Assembly: GCA_964500675.1 (NCBI GenBank) | Contig: CAZCNY010000003.1 | Coordinates: 240,129-304,128 of the forward strand | Direction: 5' to 3' | DNA length: 64,000 nucleotides | From: an uncultured Verrucomicrobiaceae bacterium | GTDB taxonomy: Bacteria; Pseudomonadota; Gammaproteobacteria; Pseudomonadales; CAMLJR01 | In this document: positions 47,161 to 59,548 of the stretch, in pieces | Numbering within the stretch: position 1 is the first letter of the stretch | Layout of the letters: each line of letters starts with the position of its first letter | The notes under the pieces: generated by a model | Seen by the model: the letters and a program-made list of their open reading frames with translations, nothing else | Told to the model about the DNA's origin: nothing | Database searches by the model: none | Program-made: the position numbers and the translations under genes

Positions 47161-48056
47161 TCGGGCGGCGGGGCATTGCGTTATTGATGCTGGCGCTGCT
47201 GTTGGCGGCGTGCGGCATTTCGCCATCGCGCGACGGTGCGCCGCCGCGCAAATTGAATCCCGATGAAATTAAAGATGCGGTGCCCAGGCGCGAGCCGGTT
47301 ACGAGTGCGGGCAACAAAAGCCCTTACACTGTGCTCGGTCAGACGTATGTGCTGTTGCCCACCGCGAAGGGCTATCACGCCACCGGTATCGCGTCGTGGT
47401 ACGGCACCAAGTTTCACGGACAGAGCACGTCGAATGGCGAAAAATACGATGTGTATGAGATGACGGCTGCGCACAAAACACTGCCGATTCCGTGCTATGT
47501 GCTCGTGACCAATCTCGAAAACAACAAGCAGGCGATTGTGCGCGTCAACGATCGCGGTCCGTTCGTGAGCAATCGGCTCATCGATCTGTCCTACGCGGCG
47601 GCGGTGAAGCTGGGTTATGCCGACAAAGGCACGGCGTTTGTGGAAGTGACGGCGATCGATGTGGACAATTGGCCGCCGCGCGGCACACCCGACGCGCCGC
47701 CCGCCGTTTCGCCGCCGCTCGCGCCGGTGGCGCCGCTGAGTCAGTCCGTTAGTCCGGCGCCGGTACCGGCAGCGTCTGCCACCGCGCCGCTGCCAGCGGC
47801 GGCGGCCGTACCCGCGGGCAGATTTTATGTGCAGGCGGGCGCGTTCAGCGAGCGTCGCGCGGCGGAGACATTGCGCGAGCGTCTCGCGCAAGTGCAGAGC
47901 GACGCGGTGACGCTGCAACCAACGCCGTCGCATCCGGTCTTATACCGCGTGCGTATCGGTCCGCTGCGCGATCGTGCAGCCGCCGAGCGATTGCGTAACC
48001 AACTGATCGCCAATCATATGAGCGAAGCCGCGCGCGTTGTCGATGTGGACGAATAA
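47148..48056 (+). CDS. rlpA: septal-ring lytic transglycosylase RlpA (DPBB plus SPOR domains)
   Basis: Lipobox LLAACG. ASWYGTKFHGQSTSNGEKYD, VRVNDRGPF and the C-terminal SPOR motif FYVQAGAFSERRAAE are present. Confidence 0.88.
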   Translation: MVALIGRRGIALLMLALLLAACGISPSRDGAPPRKLNPDEIKDAVPRREPVTSAGNKSPYTVLGQTYVLLPTAKGYHATGIASWYGTKFHGQSTSNGEKYDVYEMTAAHKTLPIPCYVLVTNLENNKQAIVRVNDRGPFVSNRLIDLSYAAAVKLGYADKGTAFVEVTAIDVDNWPPRGTPDAPPAVSPPLAPVAPLSQSVSPAPVPAASATAPLPAAAAVPAGRFYVQAGAFSERRAAETLRERLAQVQSDAVTLQPTPSHPVLYRVRIGPLRDRAAAERLRNQLIANHMSEAARVVDVDE

Positions 48057-48122
48057 TCCAGGTCGAAACGCAGTTAACGCGGCCGCATAAACATAATCAC
48101 TCGCTATCGAATGGGAGCCCCA

Positions 48123-49343
48123 ATGAAAAAATCAATGATGCTACTTGCTGTGTTGGTGTTATTCACCGGCGGGCAAGAAGTCGCATTTGCGCAACAAATC
48201 TCTTCACAGCAACAGCTGCCTCCACAACAGCCGGTACCGATTTCTAATCCGGTGCCGTCGCCGCCCGGCATCGCCGCCAAGTCTTACATCATGATCGACG
48301 CCGACAGCGGCCGCGTGCTCGTCGAGGACAATGCCGACGAGCGTTTACCGCCGGCCAGTCTGACCAAGCTGATGACGAGCTACATATTGTCCTACGAACT
48401 CAATCAGGGGCATGTGCATAACAGCGATCTGGTGACGATCAGCAAATCGGCGTGGACGCAAAATCCCGAGTTCAAGGATTCGTCGCTGATGTTTATTCGC
48501 GCCGGTACGCAGGTGTCGCTGCACGATTTGCATCAGGGGCTCGTGGTGTCGTCCGGTAACGACGCCGCTACTGCGATCGCCGAGTACCTCGCGGGCAGCG
48601 AAAGCGCATTTGTCGATATGATGAACCAGCAGGCGCAGCGTCTTGGCATGACCAATACGCATTACATGAACCCGCACGGCCTGCCCGATCCGGATCACTA
48701 CACCACCGCGCGCGATTTGGCAAAACTGACGCAAGCCATCGTCAAATTTCCCCAGGAGTACGCGCTGTACAAAGAACAGGAGTTCACTTACAGCGGTATT
48801 CGCCAACGCAATCGCAATGGTTTGTTGGCGCGCGATCCGAGTGTCGACGGATTGAAAACCGGTCACACGCAGGAGGCGGGATATTGTCTGGTCTCATCGG
48901 CAGTTCGCAATGGCATGCGCCTGATCACGGTGTTGCTCGGTGCCGACAGCGCCAATTTGCGCGAACAGGAAACCGAGAAACTGCTCTCGTACGGTTTCCG
49001 TTATTTTGAGACGAGCAAAGTGTATCAAGCCGGTGCCGAAGTGGCGCAGCCGCGCGTGTGGGGGGGTGACAAAGACACAGTAAAACTCGGTGTCGATAAC
49101 GATGTCGTGCTGACGTACCCGCGCGGCAAACACGATCAGCTCAAGGCGGTGATGAATATCGATAAATACCTGCACGCTCCGATCGTCGCCAAACAGAAGG
49201 TTGGGGAAATCGTGGTGTCGCTGGACGGCGAAACGCTGTACAGAGCGCCCATCGTTGCGTTTGAATCGGTCAATAATGGCGGTTTGTTCCATCGCTTGTG
49301 GGACGCGCTGGTATTATTCCTCACCAAGTTGTTGAGCCATTAA
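48123..49343 (+). CDS. dacC: D-alanyl-D-alanine carboxypeptidase (PBP5/6 type)
   Basis: SLTKLMT, SGND and KTGHT are present, with a signal peptide from MKKSMMLL. Confidence 0.88.
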   Translation: MKKSMMLLAVLVLFTGGQEVAFAQQISSQQQLPPQQPVPISNPVPSPPGIAAKSYIMIDADSGRVLVEDNADERLPPASLTKLMTSYILSYELNQGHVHNSDLVTISKSAWTQNPEFKDSSLMFIRAGTQVSLHDLHQGLVVSSGNDAATAIAEYLAGSESAFVDMMNQQAQRLGMTNTHYMNPHGLPDPDHYTTARDLAKLTQAIVKFPQEYALYKEQEFTYSGIRQRNRNGLLARDPSVDGLKTGHTQEAGYCLVSSAVRNGMRLITVLLGADSANLREQETEKLLSYGFRYFETSKVYQAGAEVAQPRVWGGDKDTVKLGVDNDVVLTYPRGKHDQLKAVMNIDKYLHAPIVAKQKVGEIVVSLDGETLYRAPIVAFESVNNGGLFHRLWDALVLFLTKLLSH

Positions 49344-49367
49344 GCGCGCGTCGCGGTAGGTTGGGGT

Positions 49368-50225
49368 ATGGGCACCGTCTATTTAAATGGCGAGTATCTT
49401 CCGCTAGAGCTGGCGAAAGTCTCGGTCATGGACCGCGGCTTTTTGTTCGGCGACGGTGTCTACGAGGTGATCCCCGTATTCGGCGGCAAGGCGTTTCGCG
49501 TCGACGAGCATCTGCAGCGGCTCGATTACAGCTTGCGCGAAACCGGCATTCCGCAACCGCATACGCCAGCGCAATGGCGTGCGTTGTTCGAGCGTTTGAT
49601 CGCACTTACTGGTGAAGGCGGCGGCGATCAGGCGATTTATTTGCAGATCACGCGCGGTGTCGCGGCTCAGCGCGAACATAAATTTCCGCAGCCTTGCGTG
49701 CCGACCGTGTTTGCGATGTCGCGCGTATTGGCGGCGGCGCCAGCGGAAATTCCCGAGCCGATCGCGTGCATCGCCGTGCCCGATATCCGCTGGCAGCGCT
49801 GCGATATCAAAAGCATTTCGCTGCTCGGCAGTGTGATGTTGACGCAACAGGCCGTTGCGGCGGGTGCGCGGGAAGCGATTCTCGTGCGCGATGGCGTCGT
49901 GCTCGAAGGCGCGAGCAGCAATGTCTTCGCGGTGGTCGACGGCGTGCTGCGCACGGCGCCGAAAGACAAGCACATTCTTGCCGGCATCACGCGCGATTTG
50001 ATCGTCGAGCTCGCGCGGCAGCATGGATTGGATGTGCGCGAAGAAGCCGTGACGATCGCGCAACTGCATGCGGCGAGCGAAGTGTGGATCAGCAGCTCGA
50101 CGCGCGAGATGGTTCCCGTCGCGACGCTCGACGGTCGGCGTGTTGGAAATGGCGGCGCCGGCCCCATATTCAAGCGGATATGGCAGTGGTATCGAGCGTT
50201 TCGCTCTAAGTTCCCTCTCTCGTAG
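49368..50225 (+). CDS. class IV aminotransferase, probably D-amino-acid aminotransferase
   Basis: VMDRGFLFGDGVYEVIPVF is present, with the Lys in CDIKSISLL. It sits in a cell-wall gene context. Confidence 0.8.
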   Translation: MGTVYLNGEYLPLELAKVSVMDRGFLFGDGVYEVIPVFGGKAFRVDEHLQRLDYSLRETGIPQPHTPAQWRALFERLIALTGEGGGDQAIYLQITRGVAAQREHKFPQPCVPTVFAMSRVLAAAPAEIPEPIACIAVPDIRWQRCDIKSISLLGSVMLTQQAVAAGAREAILVRDGVVLEGASSNVFAVVDGVLRTAPKDKHILAGITRDLIVELARQHGLDVREEAVTIAQLHAASEVWISSSTREMVPVATLDGRRVGNGGAGPIFKRIWQWYRAFRSKFPLS

Positions 50226-50253
50226 GGAGCGGAGAGTTATTTGAGTATGATAT

Positions 50254-50523
50254 ATGTCTGACGTAATACCGCCCAAAATCGAGTTTCCGTGCGCGTATCC
50301 GTTAAAAATTATCGGTCACGCCGCCGATGATTTTCGCGAATTCGTGATCTCGGTGCTCGAACGTCACACCGATCGCATTTATGAAGAAACCATCGATTTG
50401 CGCGCGAGCAGCGGCGGGCGTTATATCTCGGTGCGCGTGACGATCACCGCAACGGGCGAAGAACAGTTGAACAATATTTTCACCGAATTCAAAACCTCGG
50501 GGCGCGTGCAGGCAGTCATTTGA
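50254..50523 (+). CDS. ybeD: YbeD-family (DUF493) protein
   Basis: [13 protein letters not shown] is present, and it lies directly upstream of lipB. Confidence 0.85.
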   Translation: MSDVIPPKIEFPCAYPLKIIGHAADDFREFVISVLERHTDRIYEETIDLRASSGGRYISVRVTITATGEEQLNNIFTEFKTSGRVQAVI

Positions 50524-51212
50524 TGCAATTGAAAATCCGAAAACTCGGCTTGATTGATTATCAGGTTTGTTGGGACGCGATGCGCGACTTCACCGAAACG
50601 CGCGATAAAAATACGCTCGACGAAATTTGGTTTTTGCAACACCCGCGCGTATTCACGCAGGGTCAGGCCGGCAAAGCCGAGCATGTGATCGCACCGGGCG
50701 ATATTCCCGTGATTCAGGTCGATCGCGGCGGGCAGGTTACGTATCACGGTCCCGGGCAAATCGTCGGCTATATGATGATCGATTTGCGTCGGCGCGGGCT
50801 CGGCATTCGCTGGCTCGTCAACGGCATCGAGGACAGCATCATCGCGGTATTGGCGCAATACGGCGTGAAAAGTTTCGCCAAACCCGAAGCACCCGGCGTG
50901 TATCTCGACGGCGCGCAAGGACAAGGCCGCGACGGCGCGAAGATCGCCGCGCTGGGCATGCGAGTGCGCCGCGGTTGCACGTTTCACGGGCTCAGTTTGA
51001 ATATCGATATGGATCTCGAACCGTATGCGCGCATCAATCCGTGCGGCTTCAGCGGCTTGGCGGTGGCGCAATTGCGCGACCTCGTCGACAATGCGCCGAC
51101 GCTCGAAACCGTCGAGGAGCAATTGATGCAAGCGTTGTGTGCACAGCTCGACTACGATCCCCAAAATTTATTGCTCGAAACCCGGTTGCCCGCGCAATCG
51201 AAAAAATTATGA
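50523..51212 (+). CDS. lipB: lipoyl(octanoyl) transferase
   Basis: [13 protein letters not shown] and [14 protein letters not shown] are present. Confidence 0.93.
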   Translation: MQLKIRKLGLIDYQVCWDAMRDFTETRDKNTLDEIWFLQHPRVFTQGQAGKAEHVIAPGDIPVIQVDRGGQVTYHGPGQIVGYMMIDLRRRGLGIRWLVNGIEDSIIAVLAQYGVKSFAKPEAPGVYLDGAQGQGRDGAKIAALGMRVRRGCTFHGLSLNIDMDLEPYARINPCGFSGLAVAQLRDLVDNAPTLETVEEQLMQALCAQLDYDPQNLLLETRLPAQSKKL

Positions 51213-52195
51213 GTGAAGAAACCGTGCCTGAAGAAAATAAGGTAAAACCCGTCGTGCGCGGCGAAAAGCTGCGCGGTGCCGACAAGGTTGCGCGCATTCC
51301 GGTCAAGGTGATTCCGACCGTCGAATTGCCAAAAAAGCCGGATTGGATCCGCGTGAAAATGTCGACCGGTCCCGAAGTGTCGCGCATCAAAAATTTATTG
51401 CGCAAGCACAAGCTCGCGTCGGTCTGCGAAGAGGCACAGTGTCCGAATCTCGGTGAATGCTTCAGCGGCGGCACCGCGACCTTCATGATCATGGGAGAAA
51501 TTTGCACGCGGCGCTGTCCGTTCTGCGATGTCGCGCACGGCCGCCCGAATCCGCTCGATGCGAACGAGCCGGTCGAACTCGCCAACGCGATCGCCGAAAT
51601 GCAATTGAAGTACGTCGTCATCACCTCGGTCGATCGCGACGATTTGCGCGATGGCGGCGCGCAGCATTTTGCCGACTGCATTCGCGAAACGCGCACGCTG
51701 TCGCCCGGTATTCGTATCGAAGTGTTGGTGCCCGATTTTCGCGGGCGCATGGATATTGCGCTCGATACCCTCGAAAGCGAAGCGCCCGACGTGTTCAATC
51801 ACAATCTTGAAACGGTGCCGAGCCTGTACACCAAAGTGCGGCCCGGTTCCGATTACGCATGGTCGTTACAGTTGCTGAAAAAATACAAACAGCGTCGTCC
51901 CGATGTGCTGACGAAATCGGGTTTGATGCTGGGTCTTGGCGAAACGCGCGAAGAGTTGTTGCAGGTGCTGCGCGATATGCGCGCACACGACATCGACATG
52001 CTCACGCTGGGTCAATATTTACAGCCGAGCCGCGAGCATCTGCCCGTCGAGCGTTTTGTGCATCCCGATGAATTCGAGGAATTCGCGCGCATCGCCGACG
52101 AACTCGGTTTCAAAAGTGTGGCGAGCGGTCCGCTCGTGCGCTCTTCCTATCATGCCGACAAGCAGGTCGATCTCAGTTTGCTGACATCGAATTGA
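51209..52195 (+). CDS. lipA: lipoyl synthase
   Basis: [13 protein letters not shown] and the radical-SAM motif CTRRCPFC are present. The true ATG 51209 overlaps the lipB stop; the track's 522-aa ORF from 50627 is a spurious extension. Confidence 0.96.
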   Translation: MSEETVPEENKVKPVVRGEKLRGADKVARIPVKVIPTVELPKKPDWIRVKMSTGPEVSRIKNLLRKHKLASVCEEAQCPNLGECFSGGTATFMIMGEICTRRCPFCDVAHGRPNPLDANEPVELANAIAEMQLKYVVITSVDRDDLRDGGAQHFADCIRETRTLSPGIRIEVLVPDFRGRMDIALDTLESEAPDVFNHNLETVPSLYTKVRPGSDYAWSLQLLKKYKQRRPDVLTKSGLMLGLGETREELLQVLRDMRAHDIDMLTLGQYLQPSREHLPVERFVHPDEFEEFARIADELGFKSVASGPLVRSSYHADKQVDLSLLTSN

Positions 52196-52249
52196 TCTGT
52201 TATTCAAGAAGCCGAAGCGTTTCCATATTGCGTTATCTGAATAAAATAT

Positions 52250-52278
52250 AACAGCGCTCGTCACGGCGCTGTTGTTTT
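52250..52278 (+). terminator. rho-independent terminator after lipA
   Basis: AACAGCGC (52250-52257) pairs with GCGCTGTT (52266-52273), followed by GTTTT. Confidence 0.65.
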
Positions 52279-52491
52279 AACTACCGCGCGCATACACTTC
52301 TACAGCTAATTGAAAAACAATAAAAAGCTGTCAAAAAAACCAATAGGCGTGGGCTATTCAGCTCATTGGCAAATTCAATTTCAAATAGTCGCGGCGGCGG
52401 CTCTAATATCAATCTCGGATCGATAAGCATCATTCCCAAGTCACTATTCACACAGCGTTCTTTACTTATACAACAACCGCGGAGGTGTAAG

Positions 52492-52914
52492 ATGGCAGCA
52501 CTCAAAGGTTCCAAGACCGAGAAAAATCTGAAAGATGCATTTGCCGGTGAATCGCAGGCCAATCGTCGCTACCTGTATTTCGCAGCAAAAGCCGATGTCG
52601 AAGGTTACAACGATGTGGCGGCGGTGTTTCGCTCAACGGCGGAAGGCGAGACCGGACATGCGCACGGCCATCTCGAATATCTCGAAGAGGTCGGCGATCC
52701 GGCGACGGGCTTGCCGATCGGCGCCACATCGTCGAATTTGAAAGCGGCAATCGCGGGTGAAACGCACGAATACACCGATATGTATCCGGGCATGGTGAAA
52801 GCCGCGCGCAGCGAAGGTTTCGATGAAATCGCCGATTGGTTTGAAACGCTCGCGAAGGCGGAGCGCAGCCACGCCAATCGTTTCCAAAAGGCGCTCGACA
52901 CATTGGGCGCGTAA
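52492..52914 (+). CDS. rubrerythrin-family diiron protein (no rubredoxin domain)
   Basis: GGAGG RBS. E/ExxH ligand helices are present: [25 protein letters not shown] and AERSHANRF. Confidence 0.85.
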   Translation: MAALKGSKTEKNLKDAFAGESQANRRYLYFAAKADVEGYNDVAAVFRSTAEGETGHAHGHLEYLEEVGDPATGLPIGATSSNLKAAIAGETHEYTDMYPGMVKAARSEGFDEIADWFETLAKAERSHANRFQKALDTLGA

Positions 52915-52930
52915 TTCTCCTCTCGACCTA

Positions 52931-52969
52931 ACCCTCTCCTTTGAACCCATCAGGGTTCGCGGGGAGAGG
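52931..52969. repeat. REP-like compound hairpin
   Basis: The outer stem CCCTCTCC...GGAGAGGG encloses the inner stem GAACCC-ATCA-GGGTTC. Confidence 0.55.
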
Positions 52970-53000
52970 GATCCCATTTGCCTTCGTAAGAGTCACTCCC

Positions 53001-54395
53001 ATGAGCGATGAGAAATTGACCCCGACAATGTCTAACGCGGGTGTCACGGAAACGAAGCGCGAGGGCAGTCTCGATGCGCCGACGCGTCATGCGCTCGAAT
53101 GGCAATCTCCAGCGTTTTATGACGAAACCGCGCTCAATAAAGAATTGGAGCGTGTGTTCGATATCTGTCACGGCTGTCGTCGCTGCGTCAGTTTGTGCAA
53201 ATCGTTTCCGACGTTATTCGATTTGATCGACGCATCGCCGACCATGGAAATGGACGGCGTCGATAAAGCCGATTACATCAAGGTGGTCGATCAGTGTTAT
53301 CTGTGCGACCTCTGTTATATGACTAAATGTCCGTATGTGCCGCCACATGAATGGAATGTGGATTTTCCGCATTTGATGCTGCGCGCGAAAGCTGTGAAAT
53401 TCAAACAGGGCGAAACGAAGTTGCGCGACCGCTTTCTCACGAGCACCGATATGGTCGCGAAAATGGTGACGACGATCCCGCTGGTCGATACCACGGTGAA
53501 TTATTTCAACGCGCAAAAACCCGTGCGCAAGCTCATGGAAAAAACGCTCGGCGTTCACGCCGATGCGACGCTGCCGAAATATCATCGCAATACGCTGCGC
53601 AAGCGCGTGCTCGATAAAACGCAAAAAATTACACCGACGTCGACTGCGCAGACGCGCGGCAAAGTCGCGTTGTTCGCGACGTGTTACGGCAATTACAACA
53701 GCCCGTGGCTCGGCGATGACTTTTTTAAAGTATTTCAGCACAACGGTATCGAAATTATTCTGGTGCCCAGCGAAAAATGCTGCGGTATGCCCAAGCTCGA
53801 ACTCGGCGATCTCGACGCGGTGGCGCGGCTTAAAGAAATCAATATTCCCGTGCTTGCGCAGCTAATTGACGATGGTTACGACATTATTGCGCCGGTACCG
53901 TCGTGCGTGCTGATGTTCAAGCAGGAGCTGCCATTGATGTTTCCGGGCGATATGGATGTATTGAAAGTGAAAAAAGGCATTTTCGATCCGTTCGAGTATT
54001 TGATGCTGCGCCATAAGGCCAATCTGTTAAAAATCGATTTTAAAAACCCGCTCGGCGATATCAGCTATCACGTCGCGTGTCACCTGCGCGTGCAAAATAT
54101 CGGCTTGAAAACGCGCGATATTTTGCAGCTGATCCCAAACACTAACGTGAATGCGATAGAGCGCTGCTCGGGTCACGACGGTACGTATGCCGTTAAAAAA
54201 GAATTTCATGAAGCATCGGTGCAAATTGCCACGCCGGTCGCGCGCAAGGTCGATCAGGCTTATGCGGAAAAAGCCGGTGAAATACATTTTGCCAGCGATT
54301 GTCCGATGGCGGCGACGCATATCGCGGATGTCGCGACGGGTGAGGTGATGCCGGAACATCCGATGACATTGTTGCGCATCGCGTACGGTTTGTAA
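53001..54395 (+). CDS. HdrD/GlpC-like Fe-S oxidoreductase (two 4Fe-4S motifs plus CCG domains)
   Basis: CHGCRRCVSLC, CYLCDLCYMTKCPY, CCGMP and ERCSGHDG are present. I prefer the start at ATG 53001. Confidence 0.8.
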   Translation: MSDEKLTPTMSNAGVTETKREGSLDAPTRHALEWQSPAFYDETALNKELERVFDICHGCRRCVSLCKSFPTLFDLIDASPTMEMDGVDKADYIKVVDQCYLCDLCYMTKCPYVPPHEWNVDFPHLMLRAKAVKFKQGETKLRDRFLTSTDMVAKMVTTIPLVDTTVNYFNAQKPVRKLMEKTLGVHADATLPKYHRNTLRKRVLDKTQKITPTSTAQTRGKVALFATCYGNYNSPWLGDDFFKVFQHNGIEIILVPSEKCCGMPKLELGDLDAVARLKEINIPVLAQLIDDGYDIIAPVPSCVLMFKQELPLMFPGDMDVLKVKKGIFDPFEYLMLRHKANLLKIDFKNPLGDISYHVACHLRVQNIGLKTRDILQLIPNTNVNAIERCSGHDGTYAVKKEFHEASVQIATPVARKVDQAYAEKAGEIHFASDCPMAATHIADVATGEVMPEHPMTLLRIAYGL

Positions 54396-54419
54396 TACGG
54401 CGGTGGGGGTTCGATCATT

Positions 54420-54998
54420 ATGAAAAAGTTGACGCGTAAGGATTTGTTTGGTCTTGAGCAGTATGCCGAGCGCCGCTCGCAAATTCGCAGCGAGGTCATC
54501 GCGCATAAAAAGCCGCGTCAGGTTGCTTTGGGTGAGCATCTGCGTCTGCTGTTCGAGGACCGGTTGACGATTCAGTATCAAATTCAGGAAATGCTGCGCG
54601 CCGAACGGATTTTCGAGGCGGCGGCAATTCAGGAGGAAATCGATGCCTACAATCCATTGATTCCCGATGGTGGAAATTTAAAAGCCACGATGCTGCTCGA
54701 ATACGAAGACGTCGAGCAGCGCCGTGTGGCGCTCGAACAATTAAAAGGCATCGAGGATCGGATTTACGCGCGCGTCGGTGAGCAACGGATTTATGCGATT
54801 GCCGATGAAGACCTGGAACGCGAAAACGATTCAAAAACCGCGAGCGTGCATTTTCTGCGTTTGCAGTTCGATAAAAATGCGATCGAGCGTCTGCGCCGAG
54901 GCGGAGAATTTATCATCGGTGTCGATCATGCGCAGTATTGCGAAGAAGCTACGCTTGATGATTCGCAGCGGCGGGCGCTATTGGCTGATTTCGACTGA
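54420..54998 (+). CDS. DUF3501-family protein
   Basis: 192 aa. The pattern LLFEDRLTIQYQIQEMLRAERIF, and its position after the rubrerythrin and Fe-S genes, match what I remember of DUF3501 neighbourhoods. Confidence 0.6.
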   Translation: MKKLTRKDLFGLEQYAERRSQIRSEVIAHKKPRQVALGEHLRLLFEDRLTIQYQIQEMLRAERIFEAAAIQEEIDAYNPLIPDGGNLKATMLLEYEDVEQRRVALEQLKGIEDRIYARVGEQRIYAIADEDLERENDSKTASVHFLRLQFDKNAIERLRRGGEFIIGVDHAQYCEEATLDDSQRRALLADFD

Positions 54999-55018
54999 AC
55001 GCACTTTACGGTGTGTCG

Positions 55019-55360
55019 TCAGCGGTCGAGCGCGTGTCCTCCCAGAAGCAATGTGCGCGCATCTCCATTCGCGCGAAACGTTGCGATAAAAATATAGGCG
55101 AGAGTAAATACACTGCCAAAAACGCCTGCAAGAGCTGCGCAGATTACCCCGGCCCATAACCTGGGCTCGCGATAAATGATCCACAAAACCACCAACACCA
55201 CATGTACGGAGAAGTCGGCATAGAATTGCGCCCGCCACGGATGCGCAAAATCAGAAATAAAGACATTCGCTCCATCGAGCCCCAGTTGCTGAAACGCACG
55301 TAGGGTGATGACTACGAGAACCGCCCATACGACTCCGAGTGCGATACGAAATAAATTCAT
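55019..55360 (-). CDS. small integral membrane protein, function unknown
   Basis: 113 aa with 3-4 predicted TM helices. Its ATG overlaps the holA stop (ATGA). Confidence 0.5.
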   Translation of the reverse strand: MNLFRIALGVVWAVLVVITLRAFQQLGLDGANVFISDFAHPWRAQFYADFSVHVVLVVLWIIYREPRLWAGVICAALAGVFGSVFTLAYIFIATFRANGDARTLLLGGHALDR

Positions 55361-56403
55361 GTTTTTCCTCCGCTACTTTCTGTTGTTGGTTTTTTTCGCG
55401 CGGATTGCCCGCATATACCCAGAATAAGGCGATCGAGCAGCAGCCAGGGGTCGTCGCCAGAGCCTTTTACCGCCGAATCGATTTGCTGTGATAGGCGCAA
55501 TAAATTTTCGATGCGTTTGCGCGATAGACGTTGTGCCGCGGCGCGCACGAGCGGTTTGCGCTTATCCCACACGCCCGCGCTATCGAGCGCGCGATCGATC
55601 GATTGACCTTGTTCAACTGCGTCCGCGCATTTGTGCAGCGTGCGCAATTCCTTCGTTAATGCCCACAGAATCACCGGCGGTTCTTCGCCTTCGCCGCGCA
55701 ATCCCGCAATTGCGCGCAATGCCTGCGCGCAATTGCCGAGCAGGGTTTGATCGGCGAGATTGAAAATATCGAAACGCGCGCTATCGGCAACCGTTGCGTT
55801 GATGGTGGCTGCATCGATCATTTTGGCGTCGGTGTAAAGCTGTAGTTTTTCAATCTCCTGCGCGCACGCAAGCAGGTTGCCCTGCACGCGCTCGGCGAGA
55901 ATTTGGATCGCATCGGCGCTCGCGCTCAACCCGCGTTGCCGCAAACGCTGTTCAATCCAGCGCGGTAATTGTTGCGGTTCGACGGGCCAGATCGGAATGG
56001 TCACGCCGCAGGCATCGACGGCTTTGTGCCATTTCGCGCGCGCGGCGCTGCCGTCGAGCTTGTTGCAGATAATCAGTAATGCGGTATCGGCGTTGGTGTT
56101 CGCGCAATAGCTTTCGAGTGCAGCGGTGCCGGCGTCGCCGGGTTTGCCGCTCGGCATGCGCAATTCGATGAGCTTTTTATCGGCGAATAGCGACATCGAC
56201 GCCGTTTCGTCGAGCAGAACTTGCCAATCGAAATTCGCATCGGCATGAAAAACCTGGCGCTCGCTGAAGCCGTGTTGACGGCACGCGGTGCGAATCGCAT
56301 CGGCGCACTCCTGCACCAGCAGTGTTTCGTCGCCGGAAATTAAATAGACGGGAGCGAGCGCCTGCGCGGCGTGTTTTTCGATTTGATCCGCGCGCAGACG
56401 CAT
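55357..56403 (-). CDS. holA: DNA polymerase III delta subunit
   Basis: APVYLISGDETLLVQE is present, and the lptE-holA synteny supports the call. Confidence 0.9.
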   Translation of the reverse strand: MRLRADQIEKHAAQALAPVYLISGDETLLVQECADAIRTACRQHGFSERQVFHADANFDWQVLLDETASMSLFADKKLIELRMPSGKPGDAGTAALESYCANTNADTALLIICNKLDGSAARAKWHKAVDACGVTIPIWPVEPQQLPRWIEQRLRQRGLSASADAIQILAERVQGNLLACAQEIEKLQLYTDAKMIDAATINATVADSARFDIFNLADQTLLGNCAQALRAIAGLRGEGEEPPVILWALTKELRTLHKCADAVEQGQSIDRALDSAGVWDKRKPLVRAAAQRLSRKRIENLLRLSQQIDSAVKGSGDDPWLLLDRLILGICGQSARKKPTTESSGGKT

Positions 56404-56405
56404 GA

Positions 56406-57017
56406 TCAGTTGTGCGATGCGGGAGGTTGTGGCGTGCCGGTGTTCGACGACTCATGCGTTGTTGCTTGATTGTCAGCGGCGGGCGCCGTCGGTTGGCCGG
56501 ATAGCTTGTTGGTGGCGTAGGCGCCGAGTCGACGCACGATTTGCGCGGCAAGCACCTGTTCCATATCTTGGCGCACGATACCAACATCTTGAAATGTGGT
56601 CAGAGCATTGTCCGGGTTGTTGGTAATGGTGCGGCGTTCGTCGAGCTTTTGTGGACCGAGCACCAGCCGGTTGAGTTTATCGCGCAGCTCGAATTCCACG
56701 CTCAAGGTGAGGCCGTATTCGGCGGCGAGGCCGCGCCGATCGAGCGAAATAATGCGTTGATCCTGGGTTTCGCTCAATAGCATTACTTGATACGCCGCCT
56801 GCGCTGAATACTCGGTAACTTCGGTGTTCGAATTGGTAAGCTGGTAGCGAAGCTTGCGGCCGAGTGAACTGTTGCCGACTGACCCGCCGATATAAATCGG
56901 CGCCAGCGCGCTCGGCATCGATGCCGAATTGCGCAGATGAAAACCACACGCGCTTGCGCCAATTAGTACAGCAGAAATAGTGATCGAGCGAAAAATATTT
57001 TTCATTATGCGCTTCAT
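56406..57017 (-). CDS. lptE: LPS-assembly lipoprotein LptE
   Basis: The lipobox ASACGFHLR is present, and its position between leuS and holA supports the call. Confidence 0.85.
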   Translation of the reverse strand: MKRIMKNIFRSITISAVLIGASACGFHLRNSASMPSALAPIYIGGSVGNSSLGRKLRYQLTNSNTEVTEYSAQAAYQVMLLSETQDQRIISLDRRGLAAEYGLTLSVEFELRDKLNRLVLGPQKLDERRTITNNPDNALTTFQDVGIVRQDMEQVLAAQIVRRLGAYATNKLSGQPTAPAADNQATTHESSNTGTPQPPASHN

Positions 57018-57023
57018 TAAGAG

Positions 57024-59516
<2,493 letters not shown>

Positions 59517-59548
59517 TTAGGGCCGCAATTTTAACAGCTTGCGCTGCT

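Noticed and set aside
52420-52445. A Fur/PerR-box-like sequence (GATAAGCATCATTC) upstream of rubrerythrin.
   Set aside because: It matches only part of the GATAATGATAATCATTATC consensus and is not a convincing 19-bp palindrome. I have not called it as a site.
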